From contig JAIPED010000003.1 in assembly GCA_021737325.1 (NCBI GenBank), positions 1-56,872 on the forward strand: 56,872 nucleotides of DNA, written 5' to 3'. The translations under genes were made by a program, and so were the position numbers. Shown here in pieces: positions 47,844 to 56,872 of the stretch (position 1 is the stretch's first letter; each line of letters opens with the position of its first letter). The notes below the pieces were generated by a model. The model was not told the DNA's origin. It ran no database searches and saw only the letters and a list, made by a program, of their open reading frames with translations. This DNA comes from Deltaproteobacteria bacterium (GTDB lineage: Bacteria > Desulfobacterota > Syntrophia > Syntrophales > JAIPED01).

Positions 47844-48021
47844 AAAGCGATTTCCTGTTGATTGCCGTTGCGAAACAGTTGTAACGATTAACAATATGGC
47901 AAATAATCGCCACCCCAACGCATTGTTTTAGGGGATGCTGTGGCAATCATCTCGTTAAAAAACCGACCATGAAATTTAACGGATATTGCAACGAACACCA
48001 TGAGGCCCTTCCACAAAACAT

Positions 48022-48885
48022 CTAAACACCTCTCGCAAGGCAAGCAAGTTCCGCCGCCATGAGTGTGTTTTTTAAAAGCATCGCTATTGTCATTGGACCT
48101 ACGCCGCCGGGAACGGGGGTTATTTTAGCGGCACAAGGGGATACCGCATGGAAATCAACATCGCCAACCAGAGAACCATCGGCAAGCCTGTTTACTCCTA
48201 CATCAACAACTACCGCGCCATTTTTTACCATCTGGGCTCCGACGAAATTTGCCTTGCCGATAGCGGCGATGAGCAGATCCGCTTGAGAAGCGATGGCTGG
48301 TAGCCCGACAGTACGGGAATGGCAAATGGTTACGGTGGCATGGCGTTCGAGGAGCATCAGCGACAGGGGTTTGCCCACGATGTTGCTTCTTCCGATAATA
48401 ACGGCCCTTTTCCCCGCAATATCAACACCGCTTTGATCTAAGAGTTCCACTATTCCCGCGGGGGTGCAGGCGCGAGGGGCGGGCAAGCCGGCAAAAAGCC
48501 GGCCGATATTATAGGGATGAAAACCATCGACATCCTTATGGGGCACAATGGCCTCAATGATAGATTCAGGCGAAATGTGTTTAGGTAGGGGAAGCTGCAC
48601 GAGGATTCCATGAATCATGTTGTCGCTGTTCAATTCGACTATCCTTTTTAGGAGCTCAGCTTCCGTGGTGCTAGACGGAAGGGTTATCTCTTGGGAATAA
48701 AAACCCGCCATGGCGCAGGCGTTTTTTTTGTTGCGGACATACACCTCTGAGGCAGGGTCGCTACCGACCAATACTACCGCCAAACCTGGCGTTATTCCGT
48801 AGGCGTCTTTCAGCGCTAGCGCCTTTCTTTTGATTCCCTCCCTGATTTGGAGGGCAATTTTTTTGCCATCAATAATTTGCGCCAC
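48022..48885 (-). CDS. folD: Methylenetetrahydrofolate dehydrogenase/cyclohydrolase
   Basis: IIDGK, YVRNK, GILVQLPLP, KDVDGFH, GRSNIVGKP, TPVPGGVGPMT. Confidence 0.97.
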   Translation of the reverse strand: MAQIIDGKKIALQIREGIKRKALALKDAYGITPGLAVVLVGSDPASEVYVRNKKNACAMAGFYSQEITLPSSTTEAELLKRIVELNSDNMIHGILVQLPLPKHISPESIIEAIVPHKDVDGFHPYNIGRLFAGLPAPRACTPAGIVELLDQSGVDIAGKRAVIIGRSNIVGKPLSLMLLERHATVTICHSRTVGLPAIASQADLLIAAIGKANFVGAQMVKNGAVVVDVGVNRLADGSLVGDVDFHAVSPCAAKITPVPGGVGPMTIAMLLKNTLMAAELACLARGV

Positions 48886-48951
48886 AACTACTTCCTCCAC
48901 AAAAAATCCCCCGCCAGCAAGCGGGGGATTGAAGCTCTGCAACAATATTTT

Positions 48952-49395
48952 TTAGTTCGTGCGATACCAATACTGGGTGCGACCGGCAAAAGAAAATCCG
49001 ATAAATCCACGCACCTTTAACTTTGCGCCACCATCTTCAAGGGCGATTTTACAACTGTACACCTTACCTTTGTTGGGATCCATTATCGTGCCGTCCACAT
49101 ACTCATTTCCCTTTTGCACGAGGTTTTTAAGAATTACCAAACCGACCAGAGGCTTATTTTTGTCCTCTCCCGTACACTTTTCACAAAGGCTATTTTCTTT
49201 TCCTGGTGTCAGTATCTTGATGATTTTACCATATAACTTTCCATCAACATCGTAGATTTCCACTATCGACTTTTCGGCCTTGGTTTCATCATCAATGGTC
49301 TTCCACTTTCCTACCGGGCTATTTGCCCACAGAGCGCTCACGGAAAAGAGCACGGCAACAACAATGGCAACAAACAAACTTTTTTTCATTATCAC
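48952..49395 (-). CDS. DUF2147 family exported protein
   Basis: Signal peptide, GKWKTIDDET, GTIMDPNKGKVY, LKVRGFIG...GRTQYW. Confidence 0.9.
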   Translation of the reverse strand: MIMKKSLFVAIVVAVLFSVSALWANSPVGKWKTIDDETKAEKSIVEIYDVDGKLYGKIIKILTPGKENSLCEKCTGEDKNKPLVGLVILKNLVQKGNEYVDGTIMDPNKGKVYSCKIALEDGGAKLKVRGFIGFSFAGRTQYWYRTN

Positions 49396-49526
49396 ATAAC
49401 CTCCTTGAAGTTTGGCAGGCGGGCTACAACACCTCCACGGATAAAGTCAATGCTCCGCAAGCGCTCCTTCCGTCGGTGAAAGGAGAAACTATTTTGATTT
49501 TACTATTGTTTTATCGCTCCTCAGGG

Positions 49527-50888
49527 TTAGCCAAGCTCTCGAACTATAGTTTCAGCGATTCTTTGACAGATAGTTTTTGCCTGCTGAAAGTCTGGTGCTT
49601 CAACCATCACCCGGCAAAGGGTTTGTGTCCCCGAATAGCGCACGAGAACCCTGCCCGTTTCTCCCAGCTCTTTTTGTGCCACGTTGATTGCCGTCGCCAC
49701 CGTGGGAACACCCATGAAATCGGTGCGGGCGGCGGTCTCCACACTTATTAAAACCTGCGGCAGCACCTCCATCTGATCGGCCAATTGCGCCAATGGCCTT
49801 TTTTCAGCTACCATCACCGCCAGGACATTTAGCGCGGTGAGAATGCCGTCACCTGTCGGAAGCGTGTTCGCAAAGATGATATGCCCAGAATCCTCACCGC
49901 CAATTGCCGCGCCGCTTTTGTCCATTCCTTCAGCGACAAATTTATCGCCAACATCCGTTATGAGGTAATCAATTCCGTGATCCTTAAGCGCGTTCGTCAT
50001 GCCCTGGTTGCTCATCACCGTCCGCACAACAATGTTGTTAGTTAAGCGGCCTTGCCGTTTTAGCCACAAGGCGCAAAGGGTGATTAGCTGATCCCCCGTT
50101 AGCGTTCTGCCATGGGCATCAACGGCAATTACTCTATCGCCATCGCCATCAAAGGCAAAGCCACAGGATGCCTGCTGAGCAACAACCGTCTGCGATAGAG
50201 ATGCGGTATGCTGCGAACCGCAATTAAGATTGATATTTTTGCCATTGGGCTCGTTGTGGATGGCAATGACATCAACCCCTAACTCGGCGAAAACGGCAGG
50301 GGCAACCTTGTAGGTAGAGCCATTGGCACAATCAAGGATTACCTTCATGCTGTGTGGTTTTTGGCTGAGGGGATAAGCTCTCAGGAGGAAATCAATATAG
50401 CGTCTCTCGGACAGCGCAAAAATACCGCTGGTGCCAATACTTGTTGGAAACGCAAGCGGCATTATCGTGGCAAGGAGGTGGGCTTCAATTGCCTCTTCGG
50501 CAGCGGTAGCGAGCTTGCATCCTTGGTGGGAAAAAAGCTTGATACCGTTATCCCCAAAGGGGTTATGAGAGGCCGAGATGACAATTCCGGCGTCAAATCC
50601 TCCTTCGGGGGTGAGATAGGATATCGCGGGCGTGGGAATAACCCCAGCAAGGGCGATATTAACTCCACCAGCGGTAAGCCCCGCCATGAGAGCGCTTTCC
50701 ACCATGTCTCCCGAAAGCCTAGTGTCTCTGCCAATGATAACACTTGGCGAGTTGTCTTCCTTGATCGCCGTACTTCGTAAAAAAGCGGCTATAGCCAAAC
50801 CCAGTTTGGTGATGGTCATCGGTGTCAGTGGTTCGCGATTAACCAACCCACGAACACCATCGGTGCCAAAAAATTTTCCCATTGCCAC
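49527..50888 (-). CDS. glmM: Phosphoglucosamine mutase
   Basis: FFGTDGVRG, ISASHNP, FDGDGDR, GGEDSGH, VRYSGT. Confidence 0.95.
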   Translation of the reverse strand: MAMGKFFGTDGVRGLVNREPLTPMTITKLGLAIAAFLRSTAIKEDNSPSVIIGRDTRLSGDMVESALMAGLTAGGVNIALAGVIPTPAISYLTPEGGFDAGIVISASHNPFGDNGIKLFSHQGCKLATAAEEAIEAHLLATIMPLAFPTSIGTSGIFALSERRYIDFLLRAYPLSQKPHSMKVILDCANGSTYKVAPAVFAELGVDVIAIHNEPNGKNINLNCGSQHTASLSQTVVAQQASCGFAFDGDGDRVIAVDAHGRTLTGDQLITLCALWLKRQGRLTNNIVVRTVMSNQGMTNALKDHGIDYLITDVGDKFVAEGMDKSGAAIGGEDSGHIIFANTLPTGDGILTALNVLAVMVAEKRPLAQLADQMEVLPQVLISVETAARTDFMGVPTVATAINVAQKELGETGRVLVRYSGTQTLCRVMVEAPDFQQAKTICQRIAETIVRELG

Positions 50889-52279
50889 TACTTCTCCGCA
50901 GATGGTTGCATCGTCGCCACATCAACTAAACGCACATACTTCTCCACCAGTGAATAGCTTCCCACCACTTTTAACTTCTCAAAAAGAAAAGAGAATTGTT
51001 CTTTCAGGTCGCTCCTTATACCTTCCCGTAGCGTTTCATCCATACACCACAACTCCCGCTTGAAGGGGGCAAAACCTTTTTTACGGGTTTTATAGATAAA
51101 TTGTTCTTCGGTGTCGTTTTCCTTGCGCTCGCTTGCCAGCTCCTTTTTCAGGTACTCGTATATTTTCGCCTTTATTTCTCTCGGTAGGTGCCCACCATCG
51201 TAGATCTTGTTTTGGAAGCCCGTGGCAAGATGCACCTCGGCAGTTTGGCAAGCGGGGAATTTATCAAAAGCTTCTTCGGGAAGGGTAGAAGCTCCATGCT
51301 GAACGGCTCCGGCTAAGCCATATTCGCTTATGCTTGCTAAGGAAAGATCGCGCAGAGTGTCAAAATCAAGCTTTACCTTGGCAATGCTACCATCTGGCAT
51401 GGGGACGCCGCCATGCGAAGTGCCAGTTTGTACGCTGATTTTGCTAATACCTTTTATCTCGGTACCATGTTTGTCGAGTTCCTTACGGTAGCCATCCATG
51501 AATGCTTGTAACTCTGCCACGGTGGAATTTTTCCCCCCAACCTCGCCAATCTCACCGCCCACCGAAACGCAAATTCCCTCAGGCTCCAAATCCCGAACCA
51601 GCAGGGTTAACTCCGCGGCTATGGTAAAGTTTTCCCTTTGTTGCTCCAGCAAGTTGTCCTTCCCTATATCAACAAGGGTGGAGCTATCAATATCAATGTT
51701 GTAGAATCCCGCTTCCAGTGCCTCCCAAATAAGGTCCTTTACCTCCTTCAGCTCGGTACTGGCAGATTGGGCATAGCGCTTGGCGGAAACCTGGAAATGG
51801 TCTCCTTGTAAAAAAATGGCTCCCGCAAAGCCCGCCTTAATAGCTCCGGCAAGGATCGCAACGGCGTATTCGTCAGGGCTTTGCTTGGTATATTCTATTT
51901 CAGAACGAGCAATCTCAAAAACAACGGCACCAACATTTTTTTCCCGCGCCGTTTCTAAAATAGCCCGTGAAAAATCGTAGGTCAGGGTGCGAATGTTAAC
52001 CGCAGGAACGGTAAAACCGCCCACCTCTTGCGCACCCATCGCATCATAAAGTCCTTGAATGGAAGCGGGAATCGCCCCTAACTTGGCAGCGCAACGGCGG
52101 ATAAGCCAGCGGGCAAGAGCTATGGTATCGGCATCGACAGAAAATACAGCGCTGAAAACCATGGTATCAATCACGGTGTCGCGGAGAGTTTTTTCATCCA
52201 GGATAACGACATCGCCATCCCTGATGGCTAACACTCCGACAATATTATCCTTCAATTCATTAATGCTCTCACAAATCAT
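50888..52279 (-). CDS. fba: Class II fructose-bisphosphate aldolase (long form)
   Basis: FTVPAVN, QGDHFQ, GGEIGEVGG, GTSHGG, VQHGAS. Coupled to fbp. Confidence 0.85.
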   Translation of the reverse strand: MICESINELKDNIVGVLAIRDGDVVILDEKTLRDTVIDTMVFSAVFSVDADTIALARWLIRRCAAKLGAIPASIQGLYDAMGAQEVGGFTVPAVNIRTLTYDFSRAILETAREKNVGAVVFEIARSEIEYTKQSPDEYAVAILAGAIKAGFAGAIFLQGDHFQVSAKRYAQSASTELKEVKDLIWEALEAGFYNIDIDSSTLVDIGKDNLLEQQRENFTIAAELTLLVRDLEPEGICVSVGGEIGEVGGKNSTVAELQAFMDGYRKELDKHGTEIKGISKISVQTGTSHGGVPMPDGSIAKVKLDFDTLRDLSLASISEYGLAGAVQHGASTLPEEAFDKFPACQTAEVHLATGFQNKIYDGGHLPREIKAKIYEYLKKELASERKENDTEEQFIYKTRKKGFAPFKRELWCMDETLREGIRSDLKEQFSFLFEKLKVVGSYSLVEKYVRLVDVATMQPSAEK

Positions 52280-53226
52280 GCCTTCCCCCTTGCTGTGTGT
52301 TGTTTGGCTAAAGCCACCTCATGTTTGCTTCCGATATAGATTGGCGCACATTGGTCAAGATGGTCAACTTTGATATCTAGGATATCTTTCTCTCCATTTG
52401 TTGCGGCACCGCCCGCACCTTCAAAGAGAAAAGCCATCGGCTGTAACTCAAAGAGCAAACGAAGCTTCCCTCGCGGATTGCTCCTTAATTGTGGATAGGA
52501 AAAAATGCCCCCTTGCTTAATTAATATCTGGTTAAGATCGGGGACTAAACCCCCGCTGTAGCGCAATTTGTAACCTTGCTCCTCTAGTGAATTAGCAAAA
52601 GCGGCATGCCCAGAAAGCCAGTCTTTGCGCAGACCTCCCAAGCTATAAATGGAACCTTTTTCCTTTAACTGGATGTTTGCTTGAGAAAGGACATACTCGC
52701 CCTCGCGGTTCAAGACAAATTCATGGGAACCCTTCCCTGCCGAATACACCATGGTGATTAGCGGTCCGTAGAGGATGTAAAGAGCCCCGCACAGGGTCTT
52801 TCTTCCTGTTGATCCTAGTGGTTCCTTTTTATGAATGCCGATTATTGTGCCGATAGTGAGATTTGTTTCCACAAGTGAAGAACCATCAAGAGGATCAGCG
52901 GTAATAATGTATTTTTCCGTCCCTGTGCCCAGCTTAATCGGTGCTTCCCGTTCTTCAGAGAGATACTCGCGAACCAATCCCGTGTTCGCAAGTTGGGCAA
53001 CGAGGATTTCATCGGAGCTTCTGTCTAAGGCTAGTTGTTCTTCATGGTAGATGTTTTGCAATCCTGCCAATTTGCGGTTAGACTCCTGTATCTTGGCGGA
53101 GATGTATTTACCCGTTGTTGCTACCTGCCAAATGAGCCTTCTTAACTCGGTAGGAACGCCGCTAAGCCACATGTGTCTCCGCAGATCAACTATGTATTGT
53201 GTATAGTCAGAGATACCGCCACTCAT
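52276..53226 (-). CDS. fbp: Class 1 fructose-1,6-bisphosphatase
   Basis: SEE, DPLDGSS, LRYSGGLVPD, GGIFSYP, GKLRLLFE. Confidence 0.95.
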   Translation of the reverse strand: MSGGISDYTQYIVDLRRHMWLSGVPTELRRLIWQVATTGKYISAKIQESNRKLAGLQNIYHEEQLALDRSSDEILVAQLANTGLVREYLSEEREAPIKLGTGTEKYIITADPLDGSSLVETNLTIGTIIGIHKKEPLGSTGRKTLCGALYILYGPLITMVYSAGKGSHEFVLNREGEYVLSQANIQLKEKGSIYSLGGLRKDWLSGHAAFANSLEEQGYKLRYSGGLVPDLNQILIKQGGIFSYPQLRSNPRGKLRLLFELQPMAFLFEGAGGAATNGEKDILDIKVDHLDQCAPIYIGSKHEVALAKQHTARGKA

Positions 53227-53520
53227 ATTTCTTACCTCTCCTTCTTTGGTCTGGCCTCGCTAACAGCAAACCCTCCTTTTGACAAGGGTAGGCGGTTATT
53301 TTGTAATGGCAGGCTATGCCTTGGTAGCAGAAAATGCGGGTGGAAGGGCGAATCAACTCAGGTCTCAAGAAATGGGGAGAAACCGTCCACAACAATTACC
53401 CTGTAAAAATTTGCTTCACAATGGCGGGTTGCTGTTGGCTTGAGGAAAAAAGCTCCTTTGATTATCTTCCCTTTTTTGGTAGCCTCCGCCCTCCTAAATA
53501 AGAGGAAGGGGAGGAAGCGT

Positions 53521-53916
53521 ATGGAAGAGGGAAAAAAGGGATTTGTGGTCAAGGACCGGCGGGGAAGCGAGAGGGATGATAACGCCAAGATTGCGGAAGG
53601 CGGTAAAGCTACCGACACATTATCTAACGGGGAAGGTGAAGGGGTAACAGCCAGTAGTGATTCAGCGCTGGAGGAGGTTAATTTCTCCAGTTTTATTATA
53701 TCGCTAAGCACGACCGCGATGCTCCACTTCGGTTTGTTCCCAGATCCTGAAACAAAACAAGCAACTCAAAATCTGCCCGCCGCCAAGCAGGTGATTGACA
53801 TCATCGCCTTGCTACAAAAAAAGACAGAGGGTAACCTCACCACAGAAGAGGCTTCTCTCATTAAAGATGCCCTGTACAATCTGCGTATGTCCTACATACA
53901 ATTGACCAAGCAGTGA
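53521..53916 (+). CDS. DUF1844 family protein
   Basis: FVVKDRR, VNFSSFIISL, AKQVIDII..LQKKTEGNL. Canonical position before ispE. Confidence 0.88.
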   Translation: MEEGKKGFVVKDRRGSERDDNAKIAEGGKATDTLSNGEGEGVTASSDSALEEVNFSSFIISLSTTAMLHFGLFPDPETKQATQNLPAAKQVIDIIALLQKKTEGNLTTEEASLIKDALYNLRMSYIQLTKQ

Positions 53917-53920
53917 AATA

Positions 53921-54772
53921 ATGAGCAAGCTTTATCACGCACCAGCAAAAGTTAACCTACGCCTAACGGTTAAGAGCCGCCGTCCTGATGGCTACCATGA
54001 AATCGAATCGCTGATGCAAGCGGTAACCCTCCGTGATTCCCTGTTGTTTACCCCGATTGAGGAGGGGATAGAGGTTTATGCGGATAGCAAGGATGTCCCT
54101 AATGGCGAGAGTAACATCGCCTGGCGGGCGGCGCGCTTGATACTGGATGAGGCAAAATACAACCGGGGTGTTAGAATCGACATACAGAAAGAAATACCTG
54201 TAGCGGCGGGATTGGGAGGGGGTAGTTCCAACGCGGCGACAACGCTAACGGCACTCAACGAGATGTTCACACTCGGTTTTGACCAGGCGGATCTGCTCCG
54301 CCTAGGGACACAGCTGGGCGCGGATGTACCCTTTTTCCTGTTCCGAAAAAGCGCGTGGGCACGGGGAATTGGGGAGATTTTAACCCCCGCGGGCATCATT
54401 CCCCAATTTAACTATCTGATAATTAATCCTCTTTTCCCATTATCAACCGCCGCCGTTTATCGCGGAGTCAAAATTGGTTTGACAAACCCTACAAACGATT
54501 ATAGCCCGCCCGGGCATCTTGCGGACTTGCATTATTTAGAAACATTGCTCGTCAACGATTTAGAGTCCGTATCGCTTGCAATGCACCCCAAAATAGGAGA
54601 AATTAAGCAGTTTTTGGTTAACGAGGGGGCTCTTGGCACGCTGATGTCGGGAAGCGGCCCTTCCGTTTTTGGTATTTTTGCCGATAGAGAAATATCCCTG
54701 AAGTTGGCACAAAAAGTCAGGAAAGAAACAAAATGGCTTGCCTTTGCCGTAACAGGGTTGAATAGCTGGTAA
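53921..54772 (+). CDS. ispE: 4-(cytidine 5'-diphospho)-2-C-methyl-D-erythritol kinase
   Basis: APAKVNL, IPVAAGLGGGSSNAA, GADVPFF, MSGSGPSVF. Confidence 0.97.
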   Translation: MSKLYHAPAKVNLRLTVKSRRPDGYHEIESLMQAVTLRDSLLFTPIEEGIEVYADSKDVPNGESNIAWRAARLILDEAKYNRGVRIDIQKEIPVAAGLGGGSSNAATTLTALNEMFTLGFDQADLLRLGTQLGADVPFFLFRKSAWARGIGEILTPAGIIPQFNYLIINPLFPLSTAAVYRGVKIGLTNPTNDYSPPGHLADLHYLETLLVNDLESVSLAMHPKIGEIKQFLVNEGALGTLMSGSGPSVFGIFADREISLKLAQKVRKETKWLAFAVTGLNSW

Positions 54773-54778
54773 ATCTGC

Positions 54779-54853
54779 TGGGGCGTCGTCAAGCGGTAAG
54801 ACACAAGATTTTGGATCTTGCATTCGGAGGTTCGAATCCTTCCGCCCCAGCCA
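54779..54853 (+). tRNA. tRNA-Gln(UUG)
   Basis: TGGGGCG/CGCCCCA acceptor stem, CAAGA-TTTTGGA-TCTTG, encoded CCA. Confidence 0.97.
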
Positions 54854-54864
54854 AGAATAAAGGA

Positions 54865-55818
54865 ATGAGTCAGATGAGGGAAGATCTGAAGATATTTGCC
54901 GGTAACGCCAGTAGAAATTTGGCTAGCGCGGTCGCCGAAAAACTGTCCACCCCCCTTGGTAAAGCAAGTGTTACAACATTCATGGATGGCGAGACCAGGG
55001 TAGAGATTAACGAGAATGTGCGCGGCGCGGATGTCTTCATTATCCAATCCACCTGTTATCCCGCGAATACGACCCTGATGGAGTTGTTGGTAATGATTGA
55101 CGCGATGAAACGCGCTTCCGCTGGAAGGGTTACCGCTGTCATGCCTTATTATGGCTATGCCCGCCAAGATCGCAAGGCCGCACCGCGAGCGCCAATCACC
55201 GCCAAGTTAGTGGCGGATTTAATCACCACCGCGGGGGCAAACAGGGTTCTATCCTTGGACCTACACGCGGCGCAAATCCAGGGTTTCTTTAATATCCCCG
55301 TGGATAACCTTTTTGCCATGCCGGTGCTAATTGATTACATTAAATCTCGTTACGATAACCGTAACCTTGTTATTGTTTCTCCCGATACGGGAGGGGTTGT
55401 ACGAGCGCGAGCCTTTGGTTCACGGCTAGGGGTTAACATCGCCATTGTGGATAAACGGCGCGAAGGTCCCAACGAATCAGAGGTAATGAACATCATCGGG
55501 AATGTGGAGGGAAGGGATGTGCTCCTTCTTGACGACATCATTGATACTGCTGGAACGGTAACTAATGCCGCGGAGGCTTTAATGAAGGCGGGTGTAAGAG
55601 GTGTGTCGGTTTGCTGTACCCACCCTGTTTTGTCAGGGCCCGCAATGGAAAGACTAAACCAATCTTGTATTGAGGAGCTGATTGTTACAGACACCATTCC
55701 CCTGCAAGAGATTGCCGCAAAGTCTAAGCGCATCGTTGTTTTATCCGTTGCAGGGCTCATTAGCGAAGCCTTATCACGGATCCATAGTAACGATTCGGTA
55801 AGTTCTTTATTTGTATAG
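54865..55818 (+). CDS. prs: Ribose-phosphate pyrophosphokinase
   Basis: PYYGYARQDRK, DLHAAQIQGFF, VSPDTGG, DDIIDTAGT. Confidence 0.98.
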   Translation: MSQMREDLKIFAGNASRNLASAVAEKLSTPLGKASVTTFMDGETRVEINENVRGADVFIIQSTCYPANTTLMELLVMIDAMKRASAGRVTAVMPYYGYARQDRKAAPRAPITAKLVADLITTAGANRVLSLDLHAAQIQGFFNIPVDNLFAMPVLIDYIKSRYDNRNLVIVSPDTGGVVRARAFGSRLGVNIAIVDKRREGPNESEVMNIIGNVEGRDVLLLDDIIDTAGTVTNAAEALMKAGVRGVSVCCTHPVLSGPAMERLNQSCIEELIVTDTIPLQEIAAKSKRIVVLSVAGLISEALSRIHSNDSVSSLFV

Positions 55819-55833
55819 GAAGGAGTAAAGTTG

Positions 55834-56484
55834 ATGGAAACATTGGATTTGAATGCTTGTTTGCGTGAGGGAACGAAAAAGGGAAACTGTCGGAGAATGA
55901 GAGCGGAAGGATTAGTCCCCGCAGTTTTATACGGGTTACACAAACAGAATCTCCTGCTTGCTGTGAACGCGAAAGAACTAAAAATGGTTGCCGAGAAGAG
56001 CGTTGATGCATTGCCCTTCATCCAGTTGGTATTCGCCTCTGGCAAGGATGAGGAAAAGCGCTTAAGCGTAATAAAAGAAGTGCAGAAGGATCCTGTTTCA
56101 CGGCGCTTTTGGCATATTGACTTTTTTGAGTTAGACGCGCAATCGGCGACGACCTTTGAGGTGCAGATCCACTTCCAAGGAATGCCCATCGGGGTTAAAA
56201 AAAATGGGGGAGAAATGTTGCCGATAAAGACGAAGGTGCTCGTTTCTTGCCTCCCCAACGACTTCGTTCCTGTGATGGATGTGGATATCAGCGACCTTGA
56301 TATCGGCGATACGCTAAAGGTTAGCGATATTTCCTTTGGTGAAAAAATAAAGGTGCTTGAGCCGCAGGATGCTCCGCTCCTCTCCGTTCATGTGATGCGC
56401 GCCGAGGAGAGTGTTGCCCCAGAAGAAGGAGCAGCCAAGGCAGAGCCTGAGGTTATCAAGCAAAAGTCCGAAAAAAAGGAATAG
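55834..56484 (+). CDS. rplY: 50S ribosomal protein L25/Ctc
   Basis: RRMRAEGLVPAVLYG, EVQKDPV, HIDF, DISDLDIGD. Confidence 0.93.
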   Translation: METLDLNACLREGTKKGNCRRMRAEGLVPAVLYGLHKQNLLLAVNAKELKMVAEKSVDALPFIQLVFASGKDEEKRLSVIKEVQKDPVSRRFWHIDFFELDAQSATTFEVQIHFQGMPIGVKKNGGEMLPIKTKVLVSCLPNDFVPVMDVDISDLDIGDTLKVSDISFGEKIKVLEPQDAPLLSVHVMRAEESVAPEEGAAKAEPEVIKQKSEKKE

Positions 56485-56507
56485 CTATCAATAACTATGG
56501 AAGCAAA

Positions 56508-56540
56508 CAAGGGCTGCCATGCTGGGTGAGCCCTTTTTTT
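56508..56540 (+). terminator. Probable terminator between rplY and pth
   Basis: AAGGGCT...AGCCCTT plus T run. Confidence 0.55.
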
Positions 56541-56574
56541 ATGGCGTAGTCCAAGAAATCTCTGGAGCAGAACA

Positions 56575-56872
56575 GTGACAACACTCATCGTTGGATTGGG
56601 CAATCCCGGAGAAAAATACCGCTTTACTCGTCATAATAGCGGATTTTTGGCACTGGAAGAGCTTTCCGCTCGCTGGAATATTCCCCTCAACCAAAAAGGT
56701 TTTCGTAGCGTTTACGGCAAAGGCTTATGGGAAGGCAGGCAGGTGGTCCTGTCGCAGCCCCAAACATACATGAATGCCAGTGGTGGCGCCGTGAGGGATA
56801 TCGCCGCTTTTTTTAAAATTATTCCGCAAAACATCATCGTCATTCATGACGACTTGGATTTTCCCCTTGGGA
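56575..56872 (+). CDS. pth: Peptidyl-tRNA hydrolase, truncated by the window end
   Basis: From GTG 56575: LIVGLGNPGEKYRFTRHNSGF...QPQTYMNASG...IVIHDDLDFPLG. Missed by the ORF track. Confidence 0.95.
   Translation, partial: MTTLIVGLGNPGEKYRFTRHNSGFLALEELSARWNIPLNQKGFRSVYGKGLWEGRQVVLSQPQTYMNASGGAVRDIAAFFKIIPQNIIVIHDDLDFPLG

Noticed and set aside
53230-53520. fbp/DUF1844 divergent spacer as 6S or another ncRNA
   Set aside because: No convincing long stem or known motif by eye; adequately explained by divergent promoters.
55350-56258. Long antisense ORFs (302 aa here; also 41017..41787, 54532..55167, 26959..27534)
   Set aside because: They lie opposite well-supported conserved genes and have no protein motifs.

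Overview
Bacterial chromosomal window, most consistent with an anaerobic Desulfobacterota/Syntrophales-like deltaproteobacterium. This is inferred from gene content and order: Sec-type SelD, DUF1844-ispE-tRNA-Gln-prs-rplY-pth, a split glutamate synthase and sigma54 promoters. About 10-57 kb is mostly housekeeping: smc-ftsY, alr, gmhA-grpE-dnaK, ilvBNC, leuS-lptE, rpsT, rplM-rpsI, glnA/glt, folD, glmM-fba-fbp and four tRNAs. The accessory part is 0.85-10 kb, a rearranged type I restriction-modification locus. hsdM is reduced to a C-terminal scrap fused to a half HsdS, and hsdR is intact. Between them lies a tandem array of cargo genes: a PrrC/RloC-like ATPase-HEPN, a RhuM fragment, a REP-associated tyrosine transposase and a Schlafen-HATPase protein. 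The cargo genes are separated by two partial copies of the hsdR 5' end (the intact gene is a third), a second hsdS 3' end, and two copies of a 114-bp non-coding element with tandem/inverted 9-mers and IHF-like boxes. This 'cassette slot' architecture is the best candidate for an undescribed system. Other features missed by the ORF track: a UGA-recoded selD with a SECIS-like hairpin, an Ile-rich attenuator leader before ilvB, a three-copy MITE-like family (one copy nested, with a probable target duplication), a sigma54-driven orphan atpE plus output-less Cache protein, and pth at the right edge. All calls are by-eye motif recognition; no searches were run.
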